Assembly: GCA_963832165.1 (NCBI GenBank)
Contig: CAWHTE010000005.1
Location: 128,001 to 192,000, forward strand
DNA: 64,000 nucleotides
Direction: 5' to 3'
Source of the DNA: an uncultured delta proteobacterium
GTDB lineage: Bacteria > Myxococcota_A > UBA9160 > SMWR01
The position numbers and the translations under genes were made by a program. The notes beneath the pieces were generated by a model, which was not told the origin of the DNA, made no database searches, and saw only the letters and a program-made list of their open reading frames with translations. Below, one piece after another: positions 1 to 9,175 of the stretch. Numbering within the stretch: position 1 is the first letter of the stretch; the number at the start of each line of letters is the position of its first letter.

Positions 1-152
1 CGCGCACGCTCACGACGGTGCAGGTTGCGCGCCGCTGGCTCCGGCTCGACAAGCCCGCTGCCGAGGCATGGCTCGAGCAGTCGCCGCTCTCCGAGGCCGA
101 CCGCGCCCGCGCGAGGACGCCGCTCACTCCTGGCGCGAAGCCAGCGCCCTAG
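1..152 (+). CDS. 3' end of a helical-repeat protein, paralog of 1493-2740 (partial; not in the ORF track)
   Basis: Frame starting at nt 3 reads RTLTTVQVARRWLRLDKPAAEAWLEQSPLSEADRARARTP...* (TAG 150-152). This matches the C-terminus of 1493-2740 (RTTIVQIARQWRMRDAAAAEAWIAQSPLSEEDRERV). Confidence 0.8.
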   Translation, partial: RTLTTVQVARRWLRLDKPAAEAWLEQSPLSEADRARARTPLTPGAKPAP

Positions 153-1344
153 CCCGCCGCGTCACCAACCGGTGACACAACGCGAGCACGGCCAACGCCA
201 CCACGGCGCCCGCAACTGCACCAGGCTCCGGAATGTCGAAGAACAGGAAGGCGCGGTTCGCGTTCGCTCCCGTCAGCGAGCGCACGCCGATCGCCCCCGC
301 AACGAGCGCGAGCCGACCCGCGCCCTTCGCGGTGCGCTTGTCGTAGCCGGCGATCATGTACGACTCGTACGACGCCCCGGTATCGACCTTCACCGTCAGC
401 TTGCCCTGCGTGAGCGGCCCGCCGAACGTGGCGGTGGTGCGGTTCGAGAGGGCCTTGTCCCCACCGAGGGTGCCGATGAACGTGACGATCCCGCAGCTGT
501 TGAAGAACACGGGTGCCTTGACCGGCCCCTTCCCGACGTTGCGTTGGAAGTAGGCGCCGAACCCCATGCCCTGCTGGCCGCCCATCGACGGCGCATAGCC
601 CTCGACGAAGAATGCGCCGCCGCCCGGTGCGCCGATCGCGGCGTCGAAGTGCCCGCCGAGCTTTCCGCTTCCGGGCCCGCCGAGCATCTTGCCGACGCGC
701 GTGTACTTCATGAAGCCCGGAATGATCTTCACCGTGTAATTCGGTCCCGGGCAGCCCGGCGCATTCGTTGCCGACACGGTGCCGCAGGTGTGGATGATCA
801 CCGACGCGTGATTGTCTGGGACGCTGCATCCTGGATTCAGGCCCAACTCCACGGTGGCCGTATAGCCCGGGCACCACGAGACCGTGTTGGGGCCGGTGCG
901 GCCCTTCGCACCACCGGGCGGTGCGGGAATGTTTCCGCCCGAATGGGGCTGGAGCGGAGCTCCGCCCGGGCCCGGGAAGTAGAGCTTGACGTTGGTGTAG
1001 ACCTGCAGCGCGAGTGGGTTCTGTGTCATCACGCCCTGCACCTTGCCGCTGTACGGATTGCCCGGACCGCGCAGCGTGAACTGGCTCGGCGGCAGCTTGA
1101 TCGCGCCGTTCGCATAGGTCGTGATCCTGGCGTTCTTGACCGCCTTGACGCCCTTGATGCCGCCCTTCGGCAGACACGCTGCATCCATCGGCGTGCCCTT
1201 GGGTCGGATCGGAATCGGGAGGCCGCTGCCGATGTAGAACTGGAGCTGCCCCGAGACCGGCCGCTTCACCTGCGCGGCTGCCGGATCAGCCCCGACCAGC
1301 GACACGAGTGCGCAGACTAATAGACTCGAGGTTCTCCCTGTCAT
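124..1344 (-). CDS. PEP-CTERM sorting-domain surface protein (Cys-His variant)
   Basis: N-terminal signal peptide ending AAA-Q. C-terminus IPEP-GAVAGAVVALAVLAL-CH-RLVTRR has PEP motif, TM helix and basic tail. Homologous to 2766-5415. Confidence 0.9.
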   Translation of the reverse strand: MTGRTSSLLVCALVSLVGADPAAAQVKRPVSGQLQFYIGSGLPIPIRPKGTPMDAACLPKGGIKGVKAVKNARITTYANGAIKLPPSQFTLRGPGNPYSGKVQGVMTQNPLALQVYTNVKLYFPGPGGAPLQPHSGGNIPAPPGGAKGRTGPNTVSWCPGYTATVELGLNPGCSVPDNHASVIIHTCGTVSATNAPGCPGPNYTVKIIPGFMKYTRVGKMLGGPGSGKLGGHFDAAIGAPGGGAFFVEGYAPSMGGQQGMGFGAYFQRNVGKGPVKAPVFFNSCGIVTFIGTLGGDKALSNRTTATFGGPLTQGKLTVKVDTGASYESYMIAGYDKRTAKGAGRLALVAGAIGVRSLTGANANRAFLFFDIPEPGAVAGAVVALAVLALCHRLVTRRARALASRQE

Positions 1345-1492
1345 GGCGCGTACCTCCGCAGCTCCACCGTACCGCTGCTCGGCGTCGGCAGCCGCACTCG
1401 CTCCGAGGTTCAGGGGCTCACGTTCCGCTTCGCGTGGCTCGGCGACGCAGAGTGAATCCGCGCTAGTCTCGGCCGCCTCGCGAGGTGAAGCC

Positions 1493-2740
1493 GTGTCGAA
1501 CGAGAATCGATTCTCCCTTGCCGCCGTGCTAGCTTCGGCCGGCGTCGGCGCCGTCCTCGGTGCCGGGCTCGTTCATGCGATCGCAGGCCGCAGCACCCCC
1601 ACCGCATCCGAGCCGAGTGCCGCACCGGCGCAGAGCGCCGAAGAGGCGGGCCGCGCGATCGCGGAGGTACTGCGCGCGCCCGCGTCGACCGAGAGCGCAG
1701 CGGAGCTCGCACAATTGCTGACTCGGCTCGGCCCCGAAGCGGTCGGCGCGATCGCACCGATCATCCTGGATCCCAGCGAGACGCTCGACGCGCCGCGCGC
1801 GATGCTGCTGACCCAGTTCTGGGCCGACCGCGATCCGTTGGGCGCCGCCAAGTGGGCCACCACGCTCGCGCCTGCGGCCTACCGCCCATCCATGCTCGAT
1901 GTCGCGGTCGGCAAGCTCGCCGAGACCGATCCGCAGCAGGCGGGTCCATTCGTGGGCGGGATCTCGGGACCGAACACGAACCTGATCAAGCCGTTCGTGC
2001 ACGGCTGGGTGCTGTCCGAAAAGCCCGGGGTCGAGGACTGGGTGCTCAACCTCGGCTACGGCTTCAAGCGCCAGAAGGCGCTCGGTGCGCTGATGCGCGC
2101 GAGGATCGCCAAGGATGGCGCGCCGGCCGCGATCGCGTGGTGGGAGTCGCTGCCGGAATCGGAAGACAACTTCAAGCTCGAGGCGTTCCACCGCCTGACC
2201 ACCGAGCTCGCGTACGCCGACCCCGACGCGGGCGTCGCGTGGTACGAGCGGCACCGCGAAGGGCCCTATGCGGACGGTCTCATGGCGCGCGTGGCGCGGG
2301 CTTGGGTCGCCGTCGATGGACCGGCGGTGATGCGCTGGCTGTCCGAGCAGCCCGCGGGCCCGGAACGCGACGGTGCCGTGGTCGATACGACGCGCAGCTG
2401 GGGCTCCGCCGACCTCGCCGCGGTCCGACGCTGGATGCCCAGCGCCGACCGGATCGAGGACTGGTTCCAGCCCGGCTTGCCGCTCTTCGCGCGGCAGATC
2501 GCGTTCGACGAACCGCTCGAGGGGATCCGCTTTGCGGAGCGGATCACCGACGAGGAGCGCCGTCGTACCACGATCGTCCAGATCGCGCGCCAGTGGCGCA
2601 TGCGCGATGCGGCCGCGGCCGAGGCGTGGATCGCGCAGTCGCCGCTCTCGGAAGAAGATCGCGAGCGCGTGGTCCAGGTCACCGCCCCGCGCAATACGCC
2701 AAGGCGCGAGATCGAGCCCGAGCCCGATCCCGCTTCTTGA
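1493..2740 (+). CDS. Membrane-anchored alpha-helical repeat protein (W/L-A-x-x-D-P-x-x-A-x-x-W repeats)
   Basis: GTG start at 1493 after GAGGTG RBS. N-terminal hydrophobic helix. Repeats FWADRDPLGAAKW, LAYADPDAGVAW, WVAVDGPAVMRW, WRMRDAAAAEAW. Confidence 0.8.
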   Translation: MSNENRFSLAAVLASAGVGAVLGAGLVHAIAGRSTPTASEPSAAPAQSAEEAGRAIAEVLRAPASTESAAELAQLLTRLGPEAVGAIAPIILDPSETLDAPRAMLLTQFWADRDPLGAAKWATTLAPAAYRPSMLDVAVGKLAETDPQQAGPFVGGISGPNTNLIKPFVHGWVLSEKPGVEDWVLNLGYGFKRQKALGALMRARIAKDGAPAAIAWWESLPESEDNFKLEAFHRLTTELAYADPDAGVAWYERHREGPYADGLMARVARAWVAVDGPAVMRWLSEQPAGPERDGAVVDTTRSWGSADLAAVRRWMPSADRIEDWFQPGLPLFARQIAFDEPLEGIRFAERITDEERRRTTIVQIARQWRMRDAAAAEAWIAQSPLSEEDRERVVQVTAPRNTPRREIEPEPDPAS

Positions 2741-2762
2741 CGACCTCAGTCCGTCCCGATCG

Positions 2763-4370
2763 CGACTACCGCCGGCGATTCATCCCGCGGTGACACGCAA
2801 CCAGCACGAGCAGCGCCACCGCCGCGCCCGCAACCGCGGTCGGCTCCGGGACGTTGAAGTTGAGCACGCCGTGGTTCGCGTTCGTTCCCGTGAGCGAGCG
2901 GACCGAGATCGACCCGGTCACGAACTGCACCTTGCCGGCGCCCTTGCGGCCGAGCGGCGTGACGCCGCGCTTGTCGTAGCCCGTGATCGCGTACGTCTCG
3001 TTGTCGCCCTTGCCGGTCGCCACCTTGATCGAGAGCATGCCCTGCGTGACTGGGCCACCCCAGCTGCCGGTGAGGCGGTTCTCGGCGACTTTCAGACCCT
3101 GCTGAGCGCCGAGCTTGGACACCAGGCCACACGCATCGGCCATGACGGTCAGGAACAGCGGCCCCTTGCCCGCGTTATTCTGGAACACCTGCCCGAACGA
3201 GCCACCGATCGCGGGATCGGCCTTGTTGCTGATCGGGATGTGGAACGCACCGAGCGGGCTCGCGCCAATGATGATGCTGGCTTTGCCTTGGAGGCTCCCG
3301 TTGGCGGGCCCGCCGAGCATCTTGCCCGTGCGCGTGTACTTCATGTAGCCGTTCACGGCTCTCGTCATGTAGCCCGTACCCGGGCACGGATTCGGCGACG
3401 AGTAGCAGCTGTGCAGCCGGACCTGGTTGCCCTGGGTCTTCGCACATCCGGGATTGATTCCGCTGATCACCGCCGCGGTGGAGCCCGGACACCAGGAGAT
3501 CTGGTCCGGACCGGTGCGGCCGCTCATGCCGCCGTACTTGCGCGCCTTCGCGGGCGGTGCGCCCGCAGCGTGCGGATAGAGGCCCCGCGTCGGGGTCATC
3601 GTCATCGACGGGAACGGCACCTGGATCTGGACGTTCGTCATGACCTGGAGCGCGATCGGGTTCTGCGACATCACCCCGATGATCTGTGGTGCATAGGCCT
3701 TCCCGGCGGGCCCGCGCAGCGTGAACGCACTGGTCGGGAGGCGCACCCGGCCCGTCTCGAACGACGTCGCGAGCGCGCCGGGCTTCGGATTGATGCCCTT
3801 GATACCCCCCAAGGGCTGCATCGTCATCGTGATCGCGCGGCCGTCCGGCTTGATGCACGGATTCACGACGGCAGCGCCCATCGCGGTCCACTTCGTGCGC
3901 TCTTGGATCGGAACCTGGAGCTCGCCACCGATCTGGAAGCGCAGATTGCTACCCGAGATCGGCCGCTTCACGGGCGTCAGGGCCTGCGCGCCGCTCGCGG
4001 CGATCGCGCAGCATAACACCAACCATGCGATCTGGAACGCGCGGGCGCACCCTGCTGGCACGGCAGACTCCCTCGTCGACCGCAGTAGATCGCGCTTCGT
4101 CTCCTTGCGACTACCGCCGGCGATTCATCCCCCGGTGACACGCAACCAGCACGAGCAGCGCCACCGCCGCGCCCGCAACCGCCGTCGGCTCCGGGACGTT
4201 GAAGTTGAGCACGCCATGGTTCGCGTTCGTTCCCGTGAGGGATCGGATCGAGATCGAGCCGGTCACGAACTGCACCTTGCCGGCGCCCTTGCGGCCGAGC
4301 GGCGTGACGCCGCGCTTGTCGTAGCCCGTGACGATGTACGTCTCGTTGTCGCCCTTGCCGGTCGCGACCT
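2763..4370. repeat. Near-identical direct repeat of the 3' ~260 nt of the two tandem PEP-CTERM genes (about 2763-3020 and 4108-4365)
   Basis: Both copies begin cgactaccgccggcgattcatccc and continue with only scattered, mostly synonymous differences. Confidence 0.85.
2766..4061 (-). CDS. PEP-CTERM sorting-domain surface protein (Cys-His variant)
   Basis: Signal peptide ending AQA. C-terminus VPEPTAVAGAAVALLVLVACHRGMNRRR. Confidence 0.9.
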   Translation of the reverse strand: MPAGCARAFQIAWLVLCCAIAASGAQALTPVKRPISGSNLRFQIGGELQVPIQERTKWTAMGAAVVNPCIKPDGRAITMTMQPLGGIKGINPKPGALATSFETGRVRLPTSAFTLRGPAGKAYAPQIIGVMSQNPIALQVMTNVQIQVPFPSMTMTPTRGLYPHAAGAPPAKARKYGGMSGRTGPDQISWCPGSTAAVISGINPGCAKTQGNQVRLHSCYSSPNPCPGTGYMTRAVNGYMKYTRTGKMLGGPANGSLQGKASIIIGASPLGAFHIPISNKADPAIGGSFGQVFQNNAGKGPLFLTVMADACGLVSKLGAQQGLKVAENRLTGSWGGPVTQGMLSIKVATGKGDNETYAITGYDKRGVTPLGRKGAGKVQFVTGSISVRSLTGTNANHGVLNFNVPEPTAVAGAAVALLVLVACHRGMNRRR

Positions 4371-5415
4371 TGACCGTGAGCATGCCCTGCGTGCCCGGGA
4401 TGCCAAAGCTCCCGCTGGAGCGGTTCGAGGCGACCTTCAGGCCCAGCGGCCCGGAGACTTTGTTGATTAGGCCGCACGCATTGGCACTGACGAACGCGAA
4501 CCCAGGGCCCTTGCCCGGATTCTGCTGGAAGATCTGTCCGAACGAGCCGCCGAACGCCGGATCGACGTTGATGTCGAGCGGGACTATGAACGCGCCAGCC
4601 GGGCTCGCGCCAATGACCGCGTTGGCTTTACCGTTGAGCCTCCCGTTCGCGGGCCCGCCGAGCATCTTGCCCGTGCGCGTGTACCTCGCGAAGCCATTGA
4701 CCGGCCTCGTCATGTAGCCCGTACCCGGGCACGGATTCGGCGACGTGTAGCAGCTATGCAGCCGGACCTGATTGCCCTGCGTCTTCGCACATCCGGGATT
4801 GATCCCGCTGATCACCTCGGCGGTGGAGCCCGGACACCAGGAGAGCAGGTCTGGACCGGTGCGGCCGCTCATTCCGCCGTATCTACGCGCCTTCGCCGGC
4901 GGAGCGCCGGTCAGGTGCGGGTATACGCCGCGCGTCGGGGTCATCGTCATCGACGGAAATGGCACCCGGATCTGGAAGTTGGTCGCGACCTGGAACGCGA
5001 CCGGGTTCTGTGCTTTCACCCCGATCACCTGGGTCGCATAGGCCTTCCCAGCCCCCGCGCGCAGCGTGAATGCGCTGGTGGGGATGCGCACCCGGCCGGT
5101 GGCGAACGACGTCGCGACCGCGCCGGGCTTGGGATTCACGCCCTTGACGCCGCCGAGCGGCGACATCGTCATCGTGGGCACGCGGCCGTCCGGCTTGACG
5201 CACGGGTTCACGACGGGAGCGCCCATCGGTGTCCACTTCGTGCGCTCCTGGATCGGAATCTGGAGCTCACCGCCAATCTGGAAGCGCAGATTGCTCCCGG
5301 AGATCGGCCGCTTGACCGCCCCCGCCTGCGCGTGCGCGGCACTCGCAGCGATTAAGCTGATACCAACTAACATGAAGAAACCGAGCCGAGCCTTGTGGGC
5401 GCACCCTGCCATCAT
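4111..5415 (-). CDS. PEP-CTERM sorting-domain surface protein, tandem paralog of 2766-4061
   Basis: ATG at 5415 or 5412 after AAGGAGGAG RBS. Signal peptide ending AHA-Q. C-terminal sorting signal identical to that of 2766-4061. Confidence 0.9.
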   Translation of the reverse strand: MMAGCAHKARLGFFMLVGISLIAASAAHAQAGAVKRPISGSNLRFQIGGELQIPIQERTKWTPMGAPVVNPCVKPDGRVPTMTMSPLGGVKGVNPKPGAVATSFATGRVRIPTSAFTLRAGAGKAYATQVIGVKAQNPVAFQVATNFQIRVPFPSMTMTPTRGVYPHLTGAPPAKARRYGGMSGRTGPDLLSWCPGSTAEVISGINPGCAKTQGNQVRLHSCYTSPNPCPGTGYMTRPVNGFARYTRTGKMLGGPANGRLNGKANAVIGASPAGAFIVPLDINVDPAFGGSFGQIFQQNPGKGPGFAFVSANACGLINKVSGPLGLKVASNRSSGSFGIPGTQGMLTVKVATGKGDNETYIVTGYDKRGVTPLGRKGAGKVQFVTGSISIRSLTGTNANHGVLNFNVPEPTAVAGAAVALLVLVACHRGMNRRR

Positions 5416-5451
5416 GGCGGACTCCTCCTTCGCGTGAATCGCGTAGAGTCG

Positions 5452-5502
5452 CACTGTAACAGGAGTTGTGTAGGGTCTGGTAGCGCTAAGTGGTTAGCGT
5501 TA
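5452..5502 (-). promoter_or_regulatory. Candidate promoter (extended -10 TGtTACAGT) and imperfect palindrome upstream of the PEP-CTERM pair
   Basis: Minus strand TGTTACAGT at ~5453-5461. TAGCGCTAA-gtgg-TTAGCGTTA at 5481-5502 (8/9 arm match) lies in an AT-richer intergenic stretch. Confidence 0.4.
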
Positions 5503-5506
5503 CTAA

Positions 5507-7705
5507 CTATTCCTGCCTCTTCTCGGCGCTGACCGGCTTCTTCCGACCCTCGCGCAGCGTGCGAGCCTGCGCGGATGTCTCGGCCGCCTTCGCGGTGTCG
5601 CCGCGGCCCGCATGGATGCGCGAGAGCCGCTCCCAGGCATCCGCCCCGCCACCGAGCCGGACCGCGCGGCGCGCCAGCGCGAGCGTCTCGTCCGAGAAAT
5701 CACCACGCCCCACCCGAAGCTCGACGATCTGGTTCGGGATCTCTCGCGCGAGCGGGTGCTTCGGCAGTGCGGCGACCAGCCGCGCCTCGGCGTCGCTCGC
5801 GCGCCCCGCCGCCGCGAGCGCACGCGCAGCGCCGATCTCGGCCTCCGCGTCCGTGCGGTCTGATGCCGCGGCGCGATCGAACAGCGCGAGCGCCTCGTTC
5901 GGATCGCTCGCGAGCCGCGCCAGCCCGAGCAGTGCGCCTGCGTTCTGCGCGTCGCGCTCGAGCGCACGCGCGTAGGCCGCGCGGACCTCCTCGCGCGGCG
6001 CACCGGTAGCTTCGAGCGCGCGTCCGAGCACCTCCTGCCAGTCGGCCTCGCGTGGATGCGCTGCGGCCGACTTGCGCACCGCGGCGAGCGCCGATCGCGC
6101 GTGATCGCCACCCGCCTGCTGTGCGATCTGCACGAGCGCGCGCGCGATGGGTGCTGCCTTCGCGTCGCGCAGCCGCGCGATCGCCGCGTCGACAGCCCTG
6201 GGCTCCTTGAGTCGAACGCGCAGCTCGAGCACGAGCAGATCCGCCTCCGAATCGCGCGGCACGTCGGGACCCGCGAGCATCTCGAGCGCGAACTGGAGAT
6301 CTCGTTCTGCCGCGTAGAGCTGGGCCAGGCGAGTGCGCGCCTCGATGTCTCCGGGCGTGATCCGGATCGCATAGCGGTACTGCTCGATCGCGCGATCGAA
6401 ATCGCCGCTCGCCTCCGCGGCGACCGCGGCCAGGAAGCGCGCGTTGCCGTTGTCGGGCCACACACGGAACGCCTCTTCGAAGTGCTGATTCGCGCGCTGG
6501 TAGTCGCCGCGATCCTGCGCGACGCGCGCAAGCACGAGCGCGCGGTGCGCCGGCACCGTCATCTCGCGCGCGAGCTGCTCGGCGCGATCGAGTTCTCCCG
6601 CGAGCAGCAGCGCGTCCGCATACTCGAACGCGAGCTCGGGACCCATGCCGCCCAGCTCGCGCGCGGTCTTCATCGCGCGGTCGGCCGCCTCGAGCCCCTT
6701 CGCATAGTCCCCGAGCGCCTGGAAGTGCTCGGCGAGCTCGAAGCCGCCCATCACGGCGCGGTGCGGCTCCTCGGCCTCCGCCTCCTCGCGCAGCACCGCC
6801 TCGCCCTCCTCGGGCTTGCCCGCGTCGCGCAGGCGCGCGGCGAGCGGCGAGCGATACGAGTCCGCAGTCGGCTCCTTCGCGAGTGCGGCGCGCAGCACGT
6901 CGATCGAGTGCTCGCGATCGCCGCGATCGTAGAACTCGACCGCGTTGTTCACGACGTCCGGGTGGCTCGGAAAGCGCGTGAGGCAGTCCTTCCAGAGCTC
7001 CTCGGCGCGTTTAGCGGCCTTCGGGTCCTTCTCGAACGTCGCCTTCTCTTCCGTGAACACGGCCCGGGTCGCGCAGTGCCAGGCGGCGAGCTCTTCGCTC
7101 GTCTCGCTCTCCGAGAGCTGCTTGCCGAGATCCTCGATCGCGACCTCGACGTCGTCGATCCGGTCCATCGCGAGCAGCGCGAGGATGCGCGGCTTCTGCG
7201 CGTCGAGGCGGTCCGGCTCGAGCTCGAGCGCGCGCTCCGCGTCCGCGAGCGCGAGCTCGAGCTCCTTGCGCGCGCGCGCGCGCGCCTCCGCGCGCACGAG
7301 CAGCATCGGCACGTTGTCGGGCTCGCTCTCGAGCACGCGGTTCGCCACGTCGACCGCCCGGTCGTAGTTCATCGTCTGCAGCGCGCCGTACGCGAGCCGG
7401 CTGCCCGCGGCGACCTTCCACTTCGGGTCTTCCATCGCCTTCTCGAGCGCAAACTCCGCTTGCGTGACGTGGCCGAGCGTCGCGAGTGCGGCTCCGTACC
7501 GGAACTGCACTTCGGGATCGTCTGGCCGGTCCTCGATCAGCTCGCGCAGCGGCTCGAGGGAGCCGTAGAGATCGCCGGCCTCCTGCAGCGCGCGAACCTC
7601 GGCGAGGCGATCGGTCTCGCCGCAGGCCACGCCCGCGATCGCGGCCGCGGTGGCGAGCAGCAACACGCAGGCATTGCGAACCAGCGGCGATTCGATCGGG
7701 CGCAC
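5507..7705 (-). CDS. Long tetratricopeptide-repeat lipoprotein (PrsT-like architecture)
   Basis: Lipobox-like AIAGVAC. Many TPR units, e.g. ALADAERALELEPDRLDA and AIEQYRYAIRITPGDIEARTRLAQLY. Confidence 0.85.
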   Translation of the reverse strand: MRPIESPLVRNACVLLLATAAAIAGVACGETDRLAEVRALQEAGDLYGSLEPLRELIEDRPDDPEVQFRYGAALATLGHVTQAEFALEKAMEDPKWKVAAGSRLAYGALQTMNYDRAVDVANRVLESEPDNVPMLLVRAEARARARKELELALADAERALELEPDRLDAQKPRILALLAMDRIDDVEVAIEDLGKQLSESETSEELAAWHCATRAVFTEEKATFEKDPKAAKRAEELWKDCLTRFPSHPDVVNNAVEFYDRGDREHSIDVLRAALAKEPTADSYRSPLAARLRDAGKPEEGEAVLREEAEAEEPHRAVMGGFELAEHFQALGDYAKGLEAADRAMKTARELGGMGPELAFEYADALLLAGELDRAEQLAREMTVPAHRALVLARVAQDRGDYQRANQHFEEAFRVWPDNGNARFLAAVAAEASGDFDRAIEQYRYAIRITPGDIEARTRLAQLYAAERDLQFALEMLAGPDVPRDSEADLLVLELRVRLKEPRAVDAAIARLRDAKAAPIARALVQIAQQAGGDHARSALAAVRKSAAAHPREADWQEVLGRALEATGAPREEVRAAYARALERDAQNAGALLGLARLASDPNEALALFDRAAASDRTDAEAEIGAARALAAAGRASDAEARLVAALPKHPLAREIPNQIVELRVGRGDFSDETLALARRAVRLGGGADAWERLSRIHAGRGDTAKAAETSAQARTLREGRKKPVSAEKRQE

Positions 7706-7709
7706 GCGC

Positions 7710-7721
7710 GGACTATAGTCC
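7710..7721. promoter_or_regulatory. Palindromic bidirectional -10 element
   Basis: GGACTATAGTCC is a perfect palindrome giving TATAGT on both strands, 6 nt before GTG 7705 (-) and 9 nt before ATG 7729 (+). No RBS on either side. Confidence 0.65.
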
Positions 7722-7728
7722 CACCGCC

Positions 7729-9132
7729 ATGAACGAGCCGCTGCGCAACCGACGCTGGCCGTGGCTGCTCGCCGCAGCCGTGATCGTCGTGGTGTTCGTC
7801 TCGACGTTCACGCAGATCAACCTGCCCGGAGACTGGCGCCCCCGCGGCGGCGCCGACGAGATCGCCGCGCTGCACCAGCGCCGCGACGTGAACCTCCTGT
7901 TCGTGCTGGTCGATACGCTGCGCTCGGATCGGCTCGGCAGCTACGGCTATGCGCGCGACACGAGCCCCGAGATCGATCGTCTCGCGGCCGGCGGGATCCG
8001 CTTCGCGCATCACCTCTCGCAGTCCTCGTGGACGAAGTGCTCGATGGCCTCGCTCTGGAGCAGCTTGTTCCCCGCGAAGAACGGCGTGACCCGGTTCGAC
8101 GACATCCTTTCGGCCGATGCCCAGCTGCCCGCCGAGGTGCTGCGCGAGGCCGGCTTCCGCACCGTGGGCATCTACCGCAACGGCTGGGTCGCGCCCACGT
8201 TCGGCTTCGATCAGGGCTTCGACGTCTACACTCGCCCGACGATCGGGCCCCGGCCACCGGCACTGCGCCAGGCGAACCCGACCGTCTCCGACCGCGGGAC
8301 CGACGAAGACGCGGTGAGCTCCGCGCTCGAGTTCCTGCGCGTGCGCGGCCGTGAGCGCTGGTTCCTCTACCTGCACCTCATGGACGTGCACGAGTACACC
8401 TACGACGAGCAGAGCGCGTTGTTCGGCGGCGCGATCTCGGACGTCTACGACAACGCGGTCCGCTGGACCGACAGCGTGCTCGGCGTGCTGTTCGCCGAGC
8501 TCGCCGCGCAGGGCTACGCGGAGAACACGATCGTGGTGATCGCCGCCGACCACGGCGAGGCATTTCTCGAGCGCGGGTTCGAGGGCCACGCGCGCAACGT
8601 GTACCCGGAGGTGACTACGGTCCCGTTCGTGATCTCGCTGCCGTTCCGGCTCGACCCGGGCCTCGTGATCGATGCGCGCACGAGCAACGTCGACATCTGG
8701 CCGACACTGTTCGACCTGCTCGGCTTGACCGTGCCGGCCGACGCCGACGGCCGCTCGCTCGTGCCCGTGGTGCTCGCGACAGCGCGCGGCGAGCCGAGCC
8801 CCACTTCGGATCCGATCGGCATCGCCCACCTCGACCAGAACTGGGGTCAGCGTCGGCGCAAGCCCGCACCCAACGTCGCGGTGCGCGAGGGACCCCTGCG
8901 CTACGTGCGCGTGACGGCTCCGGACGCCACGGAGGAGCAGCTGTTCGACGTGCAAGGCGATCCGATCGAGATCCACGACCGCGCCGCCGAGCGGCCCGAC
9001 GACGTCGCGCGGCTGCGCGCCATCGTCGACGGCTACCTCGCAGCTCCGCCGCGCTGGGGTGCGCCCGAACGCCGCGAGCTCGAGGAGATGGAGCTCAACC
9101 AGCTGCGCGCGCTCGGCTACGCGGTTCCGTAG
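7729..9132 (+). CDS. Membrane-anchored sulfatase-like hydrolase/transferase (alkaline phosphatase superfamily)
   Basis: N-terminal TM helix. Motifs LVDTLRSDRLG, SSWTKCSMASL, HLMDVH, ADHGE, GH, and C-terminal LRALGY. True start is ATG 7729. Confidence 0.9.
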   Translation: MNEPLRNRRWPWLLAAAVIVVVFVSTFTQINLPGDWRPRGGADEIAALHQRRDVNLLFVLVDTLRSDRLGSYGYARDTSPEIDRLAAGGIRFAHHLSQSSWTKCSMASLWSSLFPAKNGVTRFDDILSADAQLPAEVLREAGFRTVGIYRNGWVAPTFGFDQGFDVYTRPTIGPRPPALRQANPTVSDRGTDEDAVSSALEFLRVRGRERWFLYLHLMDVHEYTYDEQSALFGGAISDVYDNAVRWTDSVLGVLFAELAAQGYAENTIVVIAADHGEAFLERGFEGHARNVYPEVTTVPFVISLPFRLDPGLVIDARTSNVDIWPTLFDLLGLTVPADADGRSLVPVVLATARGEPSPTSDPIGIAHLDQNWGQRRRKPAPNVAVREGPLRYVRVTAPDATEEQLFDVQGDPIEIHDRAAERPDDVARLRAIVDGYLAAPPRWGAPERRELEEMELNQLRALGYAVP

Positions 9133-9165
9133 GGCGGGTTGGGCCAAAAAAGGGCGTAACCCGCC
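9133..9165. terminator. Hairpin between convergent sulfatase and TBDR genes
   Basis: GGCGGGTT (9133-9140) pairs with AACCCGCC (9158-9165). Confidence 0.4.
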
Positions 9166-9175
9166 ACCCGTCGAG

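Noticed and set aside
4056..4072. TGGCAC as a sigma-54 -24 element
   Set aside because: There is no TTGC at the -12 position, and it overlaps the start codon of a minus-strand gene.
2763..4370. Near-identical 3' repeats as a diversity-generating retroelement TR/VR pair
   Set aside because: There is no reverse transcriptase in the window, both copies lie in full genes, and the differences are not adenine-specific.
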